64,000 bases of DNA from Marsupella aquatica (Eukaryota > Plantae > Marchantiophyta). The notes under the pieces were generated by a model. That model was not told the DNA's origin. It did not search any database and saw only the letters and a program-made list of their open reading frames with translations. A program made the translations under genes and the position numbers. Of this stretch, positions 24,463 through 35,674 are shown piece by piece (the stretch's first letter is position 1; every line of letters starts with the position of its first letter). The stretch covers positions 1,402,953 through 1,466,952 of the forward strand of contig OZ316894.1 of the NCBI GenBank assembly GCA_973895155.1. The letters run 5' to 3'.

Positions 24463-25781
24463 TGTCTGGGGGGGAAAAATGCGGTTCTTGAGGAAGCACC
24501 GGGCCTATGGCTGCTAGTGTCAAGAGAGAACTTAAGTTAAGATCATAATTACTATTCTAGACTGGGTAGCAGACACCACAAGGAATGGTTATGTGGATGA
24601 AAGCAAAACATCATAACCTTTTTCTCCATACCTAAGGACTATTGCCTCCTTGGTAGCTACCTTGGGTCGAGTTACAAAATAAATATCTCCCAACGAGAAA
24701 GAAACGGAGGTTCATCGGAGGGAGGTTTGTTGAGATCTATCTCAATACAAGATAAAAATTGTGCAAGCCCAATTCTGCCCATAAACTACATAAGGATATA
24801 CAATGGCTTTATTGAATTTAACACCGCAGTTGCAAATGCTTCTCCAAAGTGAAAAGTCATATGCTGACGCATTATCTCTTTTTGGAATACATGAATTCTA
24901 ATAAGGAAAGGATTAGAGAGAGGAACAACAGGTACTGGTCTGGGCATTATTGTACTATCAAATATCCCATCCAACTAATATTCATTCTAATGATAAGATA
25001 TAGAATCATTCAACGAAAAGATCATTCATTTCAAACAAATACTATGCATTGAGTTAACTCTAAGTATATACATGCAGATGTTTATCTTAATAAGTTTATC
25101 TTCTTTTGAATGAAAACACCAGCTGAAGGTCCAACCCATACAAATTACCACTGACTGAGCTAAGCTCCAAGCCAGCGTGTATGCGTGGGTCTACTTCATA
25201 AGGGTTTCATCCAAAAGGAGCATATGATATTAAGGTATTGTTGAGCACTTTGCAACTCTTTAGGACTTAATAACCATCTCCTATAAAATGATAACACTTT
25301 TTGAAGGTCCAACTCATACAAAATATCTCTGGCCGAGCCGAAGCTCTAAGCAAGCGTGTATGAGTGGGTCTACTTCATAAGGGTTATATTCATAGAAGAA
25401 GTCATCAAGTCCAATGGATTCTTAAGGCTTCACAACTTAGTTGATGAAAGATGGGGAGTGAGGGGAGAGAGCCCCTCTCCTCTTTATTTATAGTGCTCAC
25501 ACGTCAAGCACACGGATCAAGCATGGCACACGGATGGAAGCCATGTGTCACATATCCAAGGCAAGTAAGTGTGCTAGTACTGTAGTTACGTGAGTAGAGC
25601 AACTGTAGCCAGTACACTGTAGCATGCACACTGTAGATCGTACACTGTAGCATGCACACTGTAGGTCGTGCACTGTAGCATGCATACTATAGACTGCATA
25701 TAATGCGAGAATTCAAACTACTATCCTATACTACTAAGCTATACTTAGGAGGAACTTACTAAACAAAGAATCCCCACGACA
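24463..25781 (-). mobile_element. 5' LTR (about 1.32 kb) of the gypsy element, with adjacent PBS at about 24443-24459
   Basis: Minus strand begins TGTCGTGGGG and ends CCCCCAGACA, followed by TGGCGACCATACTGGGG. TATAAATA at about 25485-25492. Internal CACTGTAG microrepeats at 25600-25700. Confidence 0.75.
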
Positions 25782-27959
25782 ACGCCTATGATCTTGGAGA
25801 TAAATCCCTAATCCAAACTGAAAAAGTTTTTTCCACTTGTTGCACACCAAGAAAGTTTCTCACCCGACTTCTGGTCACTTTGTATGTGATTAAACTAACC
25901 TGAGTTAGTTTTGAACCGGTTCATCTTGGGTTTATGTTAACTACCCTCCACTCATCCAACATTTTTGCACTTTACGTATATCTTTAATATAGAGAGAACT
26001 TGTGTGGAATAAGGGTTCACCAAATAATCCAAAATTGCCATGTCTCATTACCTGATTGGTTTAGAGTTACTTCTTTTTAAGTTGCTAAGGTTATTTGAAA
26101 AAGTCCCAAAGATTGCACATGATGGGATTGCAAATATTGGGACTCCTGAGGTCAACGAAGGGTATTATATATTCCATCCTATTTGAGATTTCACCCTGGT
26201 TGATCTTCATTTCAAATTTAGTGGTTACCTAATGTAATAGAAATCTACAAGATAGCTAGTAATAAGAAGTTTTGACTAATGAAGAAAAAAGCAATATTGA
26301 GTTGACTAGTACATTTTGGTTGAGAAGACAAATAAGGCAGTTACTTCACGGGGATGTGAGATGAACAAGTTAGTTAGTTCAAAAGAATGCAACCACATGG
26401 CTTACTCGGGGTACCCTGTCTCGATGGAGTAGTGACATGTGTTTCCAACATGGGATGGAAGGGGGGGGGGAGAGTCCTTGATCGGTGTCTGGCTGACCTT
26501 GTCTCCTCTCATGCCAGAGTTTGGGCCTTTGGGGAATGTGGTCATTAATTTCTGACCCTACCAACAGGGCAAATGTTGCAGCGGCTGCTCATGTACCTGG
26601 TCATGCTGCTGTAGGGGCATAAGGAGGAGGCATATGCCATCTGGTATTGTGGTGACCTATTCTACCTGTTTGTTGTGGAGATTTTTGAGGCTCTACACCC
26701 AACCTTTGACCCTTCTTATGAACTTGGGCGGTATAGTATACTGAGCTGAGTCTTTGTACTTTGTGTCTGTCATTAGCTTTTTCTTGATAGTGTGTGTCGG
26801 TCGCACTCTAGAGGGCTCAGGTTTTCACTGTTATTTGTAGGGTGAGGCTGTTGGTTATAGGGCTTCTGGCCAGATTCCTCTGTTTGACCCTCCTATGTAG
26901 TTCACTCCAGAGCTCTACTATGGAGGCTCTTCAGTTTGCCAATAGGCCGCGGTAGGGTTTTAGGTCTTCTTTTCCTGGTTGTTTTTGTGGTGCACTTCTT
27001 CATTGGTCACGTGGGCTTTTTGGTTCCTTGGTTGACCCCCTTGATTGGGACTTTGCATGAGAGACAATGTCTCCCGGTTTGACACCTTTTCTCCTTTTGC
27101 ATTTTAATATGTTACTGGGATGGATGGATGTTAACCAAGGTTCCAATGTCCAACAATGAGGAGGATCAGAAACTCCTAAGTTACTATCTAATTTCGGTCA
27201 GCAAGGTTGTAATCCATCTTCTCTAAGACTCCCGTAGTCTCCCCCAATGACCTTAAAAGCTTTTGGAGTTCTTGCTACACTTATGAACCCCGGGGCCAAG
27301 GGGCCTGGCCATAATTAAGTACAAAGTATCAACTAATGGCAAGCGACAGATCAAAACCGGCCCCTCTTGGCCAAAGGGTCTGGCATCGAGAAGAGTATCA
27401 ACTGATGACAAGTGGCGCATTAAATTGATCACTGGCCACTAACTCCACCTGAAAACATACTTACCTTGTCTTGACAAAAACGCTCTTCTCCTGGCCCCTA
27501 CTCCCAGTACAAGCTCACACGATAGCAAGAGAGATTGTGATGGAATGCAAGGTGAAACCCTTCGTGTGGTGTGCAATTTGAAAACCGAGAGATGGGCAGG
27601 ATTTTTTCTATGAGAAGAGCTCGTTCTATGAGGAGTGTCGTTCTACACAAGAGCTTACGGAACTGGTATGCAGGGCAAAGTTTGCAGGGTGACTGCAAGG
27701 ATCTTGAACAGTCACACTCTATAACTAACGCGCCCCTTTGGCGACATGTGTCACTGGCAATCATTTGTTTTATTCTAAAGTGAAAGGTCGAGACCTGCAA
27801 GGGCCGGAAATTTTCCGGCCCTTGCCCTCGAGACCCCACAGGGAGCGCCATCAGGACTGCCGGATGAGGGGGGAATGCCATAAAACTCTCACTCAAACAC
27901 ATCCACCCACGACTGAGGTTGAAGGCCGCATTTCTTAGGACCGTCCGGCCACATGCGAG

Positions 27960-28900
27960 TTGGGTCTATGGGCCTGGCCTCAAGTAGAGCATTGACTGAT
28001 GACTAGTGGTGCATTCATTCAGTCACTGGCCTCTAGCTCGGCTTGACCTTTCCTCTAAGGGACCAGGCCTTGAGTGGGTGTATCAACTAAGGACCAGTGG
28101 CACATTCATTTGATCACTGGCCCCTCTAGATCTCTATGCCAAAGGATGCGGGCCAGGCCTCAAGTAGGAATATTGACTGATTATTAGTGGTACATACATT
28201 TGGTCACCGGCCCTTGACCTCTCGGCCAGGGCCATGCCAGGCCTCAAGTAAGAGTATGGACTGATGACCAATGGCACATTTATCTGGTCACCCCCTTGCC
28301 TCTCGGCCAAGGGGCCAGGCCTGGAGTGATGACCAGTGGCACATTCATTTGGTCACTGGACAGTCTTGCCTCCTGGCTTACCTCTTGTCCAAAGGGCCAG
28401 GCCTGGAGTGATGACCAGTGGTACATTCATTTTGTCACAGCCAGTCTTGCCTCCCTGCTTGCCTCTTGGCCAAGGGGCCAGGCCTGGAGTGATGACCAGT
28501 GGCACATTCATTTGGTCACTGGACAGTCTTGCCTCCCGGCTTACCTCTTGTCCAAAGGGCCAGGCCTGGAGTGATGACCAGTGGTAAATTCATTTTGTCA
28601 GAGCCAGTCTTGCCTCCATGCTTGCCTCTTGGCCAAGGGGCCAGGCCTATGAATGATGACCAGTGCTAAATTCATTTTGTCACCGGCCAGTCTTGCCTCC
28701 CTCCTTGCCTTTCGGCCAAGGGGCCAGGCATCAAGTAAGAGAATCAACTGATGCCCAATGGCACATTTATGTGGTCACCGGCCAATCTTGCCTCCCCCCG
28801 GCTTGCCTCTCCGCCAAGGCCAGGCCTCGAGCAGAGAGAATCGTCTGACGCCCAGTGGCACGTTCACCCGGTCCCCGGCCCCTCATCCGGTCCCCGGCCC
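27960..28900. repeat. About 81-82-bp tandem repeat array (163-bp dimer in its core) directly upstream of calnexin; more divergent copies at about 27290-27440
   Basis: Unit GGCCAGGCCTGGAGTGATGACCAGTGGCACATTCATTTGGTCACTGG... Confidence 0.85.
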
Positions 28901-29178
28901 TTCTTGCCCCGCTTGACCTATCGCTCCTGGGGGACCAATTTTGCTCTTTCGTTGCAAGTTCTAGCAGCGAGATGCATTTCAGGGTTTTCTCCTTCTCCTC
29001 GATGCACTTCTTCTCGTCGGGGATGGCGAACAATCGGTGAGCGAGGGCGGCAGGTCGAGTTGTGTGAAGGAAGGAACAGAGATCTAGAGCGGCAGGAGGA
29101 GCGGCAGCAGATCTTGATACTTTCGGTTCGTTAAATAGCTCGTGCAGGCCGGTGGAGGTTTCGGTAGTGGCGGTGGCG

Positions 29179-30855
29179 ATGGCGAGGGTTTGGTCGCTCG
29201 CGGGGTTGCTTCTCACTGTGGCCTGCTTCAGCTCTGCGCTGCTCGTTGCAGCTGAGGATGCCGAGACTACGGTATTCTATGATTCGTTCGACTCCTCGTG
29301 GGAAGGCCGGTGGATCGTTTCGGAAAGCAGCGACTACAAGGGAACGTGGAAGTATGCTAAGAGTGAAGGTCATGAAGACGACTACGGGTTGTTGGCGAGT
29401 GAGCAGGCCAAGAAGTATGGAATAGCGGTGGACCTGCCCAAGATCGTGGAGTTTGGCGATGTCCCGGTGGTGTTGCAGTACGATCTGCAGCTACAGAGCG
29501 GATTGGAGTGTGGTGGAGCTTACTTGAAGTTCCTGCTGCCCCAAGAAGCTGGATGGACCCCCAGCCAATTTGACAATACCGCGCCTTACTCAATGATGTT
29601 TGGGCCTGACAAGTGCGGGTCTACGAACAAGGTGCATTTCATCTTCCGTCACAAGAGCCCGAAGACAGGAGAGTATGTGGAGCATCACCTGAAGTCTCCC
29701 CCGTTCCCCGTCGGCGACAAGCTTACTCATGTTTACACGGCTGTGATCTACCCGAACAACACATTGAAGGTGTTGATCGATGGAGAGGTGAAGAAGACGG
29801 TCGAGTTACTCTCTGATGACTTCGAGCCCCCTGTTGTCCCCTCGAAGACTATTCCAGATCCGGAGGACAAGAAGCCCGAGGATTGGGATGAGCGAGCCAA
29901 AATCCCCGATCCTGAGTCTGTCAAGCCCGAGGACTGGGATGAGGATGCGCCCAGAGAGATCGAGGATGAGGAGGCTGAGAAGCCTGACGGGTGGTTGGAA
30001 GACGAGCCGGATGAAGTTGATGATCCTGAGGCGGAGAAGCCAGAGGACTGGGATGAAGAAGAGGACGGTGAATGGGAAGCTCCGAAGGTCCCTAACCCTA
30101 AGTGTGAGGAAATGGGGTGTGGAGCATGGGTGCGCCCGACTAAGAAGAACCCTGCCTACAAGGGCAAGTGGTATGCTCCTCTGATCGAGAACCCAGCTTA
30201 TCAGGGTGTCTGGAAGCCGAGAGATATCGAAAACCCTGAGTGGTTTGAGCTGGACAAGCTGAGCATTGAGCCCATTGCTGCGATTGGTATTGAGATCTGG
30301 ACTATGCAGGATGGCATTTTGTTTGACAACGTCCTAGTCACTTACGATGAAGCTGAGGCAGCGGCATACAGAGAGACTGCGTGGAAACCGAAGTTCAGCG
30401 CAGAGATGGCGAAGAAAGACGTGGAAGAGAAGATTGCAAAGAAGGGCGACGATGCCTTGACTTCATTCCAAAACAAGATTTTCGAGCTTTTGTACCAAAT
30501 TCCCGAACTTCCATTTTTAGCTCCTTACAAGGATCAGATTCTTGGATTGTTGGAGAAGGCTGAGAAGTATCAGACGGCGACCATTGTGACTATCTTCGCA
30601 GCATTTGCCTCCACTCTTTTCATCCTTTTCAAACTTATATTTGGTGGGAAGAAGCCTACAGCCCCTGTGTCAGTTGGAGAGAAGGAAGATATTTTAAGCC
30701 CCGATGACCTAGTCGCAGATAAACCTACTGACATTTCAGAGAAGCTCAATGAACCCGTTGAAGGGACGGTGGATAACGTAGAGTCGTCGGGGGAAATTGA
30801 GAAAGAAGAGGAGCCCAGTGCAGCAGCACGAAGGAGGCATCGGAGAGAAACTTAG
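29179..30855 (+). CDS. CNX: Calnexin (558 aa), single coding exon
   Basis: Signal peptide, ECGGAYLK, MFGPDKCG, P-domain repeats (KPEDWDE, GEWEAP), IGIEIWTM, C-terminal TM helix and acidic tail ending RRRHRRET. Confidence 0.96.
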   Translation: MARVWSLAGLLLTVACFSSALLVAAEDAETTVFYDSFDSSWEGRWIVSESSDYKGTWKYAKSEGHEDDYGLLASEQAKKYGIAVDLPKIVEFGDVPVVLQYDLQLQSGLECGGAYLKFLLPQEAGWTPSQFDNTAPYSMMFGPDKCGSTNKVHFIFRHKSPKTGEYVEHHLKSPPFPVGDKLTHVYTAVIYPNNTLKVLIDGEVKKTVELLSDDFEPPVVPSKTIPDPEDKKPEDWDERAKIPDPESVKPEDWDEDAPREIEDEEAEKPDGWLEDEPDEVDDPEAEKPEDWDEEEDGEWEAPKVPNPKCEEMGCGAWVRPTKKNPAYKGKWYAPLIENPAYQGVWKPRDIENPEWFELDKLSIEPIAAIGIEIWTMQDGILFDNVLVTYDEAEAAAYRETAWKPKFSAEMAKKDVEEKIAKKGDDALTSFQNKIFELLYQIPELPFLAPYKDQILGLLEKAEKYQTATIVTIFAAFASTLFILFKLIFGGKKPTAPVSVGEKEDILSPDDLVADKPTDISEKLNEPVEGTVDNVESSGEIEKEEEPSAAARRRHRRET

Positions 30856-32019
30856 GTCGGCAGCAAATGAGGAGAGGTGGGTGCAGATGAATCTTGACTC
30901 TCTTATGTGGAGTTCTGGATTTGTCGAGATGCGGTGTCGAGAAATGTCGTTGTCGGCAGAGTTTGATGCAGATAACAATTTAAACTCTCTGCACGTCAGG
31001 GTCTGGATCTACACAGGTCGCGGAAGTTTTGCTAGAGAATTGAATTCCTGGAAGGAGAAGTCCTTGCTGAATGAAATTCTTTAAATCGGAAAGGCCGATC
31101 TGAATTACTTTCGAGTTAGGTGATTTCGGCATTAGTGATTGCTAAGACTTACTTGTTTTATGTGGCTTGGGGACAGGCGTCGTGGGTCTCTAGATGGCAG
31201 TTAGCTAGAACAGTCATGTTGTTTTTAATATCAGTGTAGCCGCTACACCCGGCTGTAATTCCCTTCTCATACGGAGAAAGACTGTAGGGAAACAGAGGTT
31301 CGATTGTAAACATTGGATGGGAAATTGGGCAACAAGTGTATGACTTGCGCACAAGTGTGAATTTTATTGCGTGATTACTTGCGACAAGTTCTATTTGGTT
31401 TCATCGTCATTTTATAGAGCGTCAGCTGAAAAGATCCTACAGTCTCCTAGCTTAGATGATCACTAACATTCTAACCTCTATGACGCACCTCCCGTTCACG
31501 TGGAGACTGCCATCTAGCAAGTGAGGGTGATGGGAGTATTTTGGTTGCGATGTATAATTGAATAATTAGTCCTGTCCTCGACTTGCAAGATCCCCGTCTT
31601 CACGAAACCAACCGGCCTTCAGGCAAGGGATGGCGGTCAGTTTGTGAAATTGCGACGTGAAGCTCAGTTAAGAAAACTCGGGGCTCTCATATGGGCGCAT
31701 TAGGAACTTCAGCAAATTGAGTGTACAAAGTCATTGAATACAATGAATCTTAAACAATGGTCCGGAAAATGAGCCTAGTGTTTAATCTGATTCTCTGATC
31801 GAGTGAAAGGTGTTCTTCAGTTTGTTGTGCATCTATTCTTACGAGTTCAAGTATTGTCCAGCCTAGGTGCTTTTCCAAGAGCGTATGAAGAATGTTTGTG
31901 ATACTTTCTTAACCATTTCTATCATAAGAAAAGATGAAGACATCTTCATGGGTTTTTGACAGGCTCTCTTCACCTTTGAAGTCTTGTCATTGAGTGCTGC
32001 AACCGTCTAAATTTGTCGT

Positions 32020-32815
32020 GGATAGAAAGTTGCTCTTCTATGCCGTAAGCCTGACAAGATAATAGAAAGTTGCTCTTCTATGCCGTAAGCCTGAGAAGAT
32101 AACTGGAACCATAAAAACATTTGTCACAGTTGCTCTTCGTATCATCGTTGCTGCACTACACGTTCTAGTTATAGTCTCTCAGACATTTACATCCAAGTAG
32201 TACCGGTACACCCATGACTGATGTCAGTCTCTCTTCAAGTTTGGATATTAGGGGTCTCAAACATTGGGTTTGACGGTCATCCTGTGCCCCTGAGGATGTT
32301 AACAGACGTCATTAACAGCTACTGACTGCCAATTCATGCAGACTATAACTTTTGATTGACTAACTCGGGTTTGGTGGTCATCCTCTGCCCCCATAGGAAG
32401 ATGTAAACAAATGTCACTAAGAGCTATTGACTGCCTTTAGGCAGACCATAACTTTTGATGGACTAACATACTTTTCAGATGGGCGATTACTTCTCAACTA
32501 GTTTTGAGCACCATGACTTTTGATGGACTAACTCGAGTTTGGCGGTCGTCCTCTGCCCCCATAGGAAGATGTAAACAAATGTCAGTAGAGCTCTTGACTG
32601 CCATTTTAGGCAGACCATAACTTTTGATGGAGTAACATATTTTTTCTGATGGGCAATTACTTCTCGACTACTGTAGTTTTGAGCACCATAAGTTTTGATG
32701 GACTAACATACTTTTCTAATGGGCGATTACTTCTCAACTAGTTTTGAGACGCCCGAAGACAATGCTTCCTTTTCCGATGGGTGATTACTTCTCAACTAGT
32801 TTTGCGATGCCTCCC
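32020..32815. repeat. Mosaic tandem repeats (about 40-bp duplication, then interleaved about 100-bp and about 55-bp units)
   Basis: GGTCATCCTCTGCCCC..., CCATAACTTTTGATGGACTAAC and GATGGGCGATTACTTCTCAACTAGTTTTG each recur several times. Confidence 0.8.
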
Positions 32816-35674
32816 CAAGACTAGGCTTCCTAGTGTGCGATGCCTCTTTCCAAGTGAAGCGCTTCTTCATTGTTTAATCTCTCTAAGGTGATGTGATCAT
32901 CGCCCCACCGATTCTTCTAAAACCACAGTGAATGTCAGCTTCTAGTAGCACCCCAGCTAAATCTCTACAACCTTTGCTGCTGTCTCTTTACACCCGGTCC
33001 ATCGCTGAATAGCCTCCATTTTCTCTGTAATTCGGATCAGCTCCTTCAGCAAGTAAGAAAGCTACCATTTTAGTTCTGTCCTTGTAGTTCAAGGTACTGA
33101 ATCCAGAATCCAGGTGCTTGCTGAAGAGGTGAGTAGCTGAAATAGCATACTAGTGAGGCCACAAGTGTCTGAAACCTCTTGGTTTTGGCCAGCCAAAGAC
33201 TACTAGCCCCTTTTATTTGAAAAAAACTACAATACTCACCCCCAGTTAGTCTTGGTAACACTGTTGTAGCCCAAATGTTTTGGTTTACTCTTCAATTAAC
33301 ATTACCAATGTTAATCATGGGCTATCATTAATAGTGCACACAGTAAATAACACTAGTGTAATGCTAATTAAGTTTGTACATAACACTAATTGGAGAGTTA
33401 CTTAGCCCCCAAGAAAACTCAATGAAATAATCAAGGGAGCCACATTTCAAAGTTGAATGCTTCATTCAAGCAATGGAATACTTCAATGCACAAATACAAA
33501 GACATAATTGTACACTCACCTCTCGCAGCTAGGGAACAAAGTCTGTTTTATGCACCTTGGATCACTACACAAAGAAAAGTTATAGCTAGGGAACAAAGCC
33601 TCAGCTACACTACATGCCAAACAATAGCATTAGTGAGGACTTCACAAATGTGAATTGCTCTTGTTAGTGGAATTCCATCCAGAAGTAGCATTAGGCAGAA
33701 AAGCCACCACAATTAGTGTTATTTCCTACTCATACTTACGGAACTCTAAATTACCAACATTAATAGACAAACACTAATTCTGAGATAGGATAGAAGTGTA
33801 GTTGGGGCCCTCAGTCCCTGCAGCCCTTGCACATTCCCTGCCACCTGGCCCCTCTAACCCTTGGAGTGCTTCACAGCTAACGTGCCTGGTATCCCCTAGC
33901 CCTAAGTCCCTAACAGCCTGTTTTTGGAAGTGTCTCCTTGTTGCCAAAGTGGAGAATGTTACCTTGTGAGGTAGAAAATTCTAACAATTATATTGGATTT
34001 GCACTAGCCAAGGCCTCAAGCGTCTAGGAAGGAAATTATGCGGGCCCCACCTAGTTAAATTATGGAAAGCCATAGTTAGATCTTTTCTGATATTAAGGAC
34101 AACCATCAGATCTTCAAAGATCTGGCAAATCTAAGTATAACTAAAGTCAGACTTTGCTTACTGTTTGTTCCCCTGAATTTTAGTTGTATCATAAATTTTA
34201 CCATAAGCTGGAGAAAGGACCATTTTGGCAATATGTCACCAATTGAAAAATCATTGCCAACAAAACCACAGTTACTACCTAGTGCCATCCTGACTTGTGC
34301 AAGAAGTAGATAATGTGTTTTTGACCTGATTGGGAATTTAAGAATGTTCTGAGCATTTTGATGTAAACACCTGTTTTCAGTGTATGCATTATTTTAGTAT
34401 TAAATCTATAGAACTAAAGTAGGAGAACATATATTAGCTTCCTTATTACAAGAGCATTAGAGCAACATAAGTAGGCGGTTCACAAACTAAATAATTTCAA
34501 TGACAAGTCAAGCATGAACTAATTTCCAGAGGATCTTTTAGTATCCAAATCATATGTCAACCCGTGCTCAACCAACCACATGATCCCGACTCTCAACTAC
34601 TGTAGCTCTTATATGTGTTGATCTAAAAGTGGAATAGTCATGCTCAGATAAACTTTATTATTAGTGGGACATATAATACAAAAGAGGCTTCTGCGCTACC
34701 ATACCCAGGGGGCATGTTCAAGTTAGCCTATGTCCTAGGACTCAATTTGATTCCGTATCCTCCTCTTGGTTTGGGGAAGATTCTGTCATACTCCACACCC
34801 TTTTCAGGTTGGTCACTTTCAAGCCTGCACAAACAATCAAGAAAAGAACACTAAATGTCAAAATTTGAGCAGTGAAGTTCATAACTTGGGGCGTAATATG
34901 TAGGGGTTTTTCACATCATTCAAAAGATAGACATGTTTTGCAGTCTCATTGGTAGAGATTATCTGGAGTTAGGTGCAGGGTAAACCATTACTTAGAGGGG
35001 TTTAAAATGGGCTGTAGTCCCCAAGGGGGTCTTAGACTATGGCCCCCAAAGAGAGGATGGGTTACCTCGGATAAGTTGGGAACTATTGAAAAACTATGCT
35101 TGGGCTTAGATTCAGGAACGCAAAGATTTAAATGAGGGAATCCCGAGCAGGTCTGTGAGAGGCTTTTGCCAGATGTTACTAATAATTTGCAAAGGGAGTC
35201 TACTTTCAATGCCTATGGTCTGGAGTGAAGCCTCTAGAACCTACCTCCCAATACAGACAACTGATAATGAGTTTTAATAAAGACAATGAATTTTAATAAA
35301 GATAAAACTCAACATGAGGATGGACAGAAGTGACATTGACTCTAGGAAAAAACAAAATTGAGGGTGGAAAAGAAATGAAGATGGGGCAAAGATGAACTGA
35401 TTAACATAAAATTTAAAAATGGTACAAATTGTTTTATTCTTCATATCTATTTAAGTTCAAGGTGGGTAACCCTAGTAACCTTTAATGCAAATACAATCTA
35501 ACGTCCCAACAAACGTTTTAGGACGTAGATGTCATTCTGCCCGTCTGTCGACTCCCTTCACTCCAATACTTCAGACTGGCATGGGTTGTATAGCAGGCTC
35601 CATTCCAGAAGCAAATGCACGGACTACTTGTACCTTGCTCTCTCAACTTAAAGGTGAGGCATATCAGTACTTAC

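Larger units (their letters stand above)
19626..25983. mobile_element. PIF/Harbinger transposon, defective, with a nested retroelement
   Basis: TIRs AGATATCCGTAAAGTGCA / TGCACTTTACGTATATCT (1 mismatch), flanked by TTAA on both sides. Contains a DDE_Tnp_4-type transposase and a convergent second ORF. Confidence 0.8.

Noticed and set aside
27960-28900. CTGATGA/GTGATGA in the repeat units suggesting hammerhead ribozymes or C/D snoRNAs
   Set aside because: No GAAA follows the stem, and there is no properly placed D box or terminal stem.
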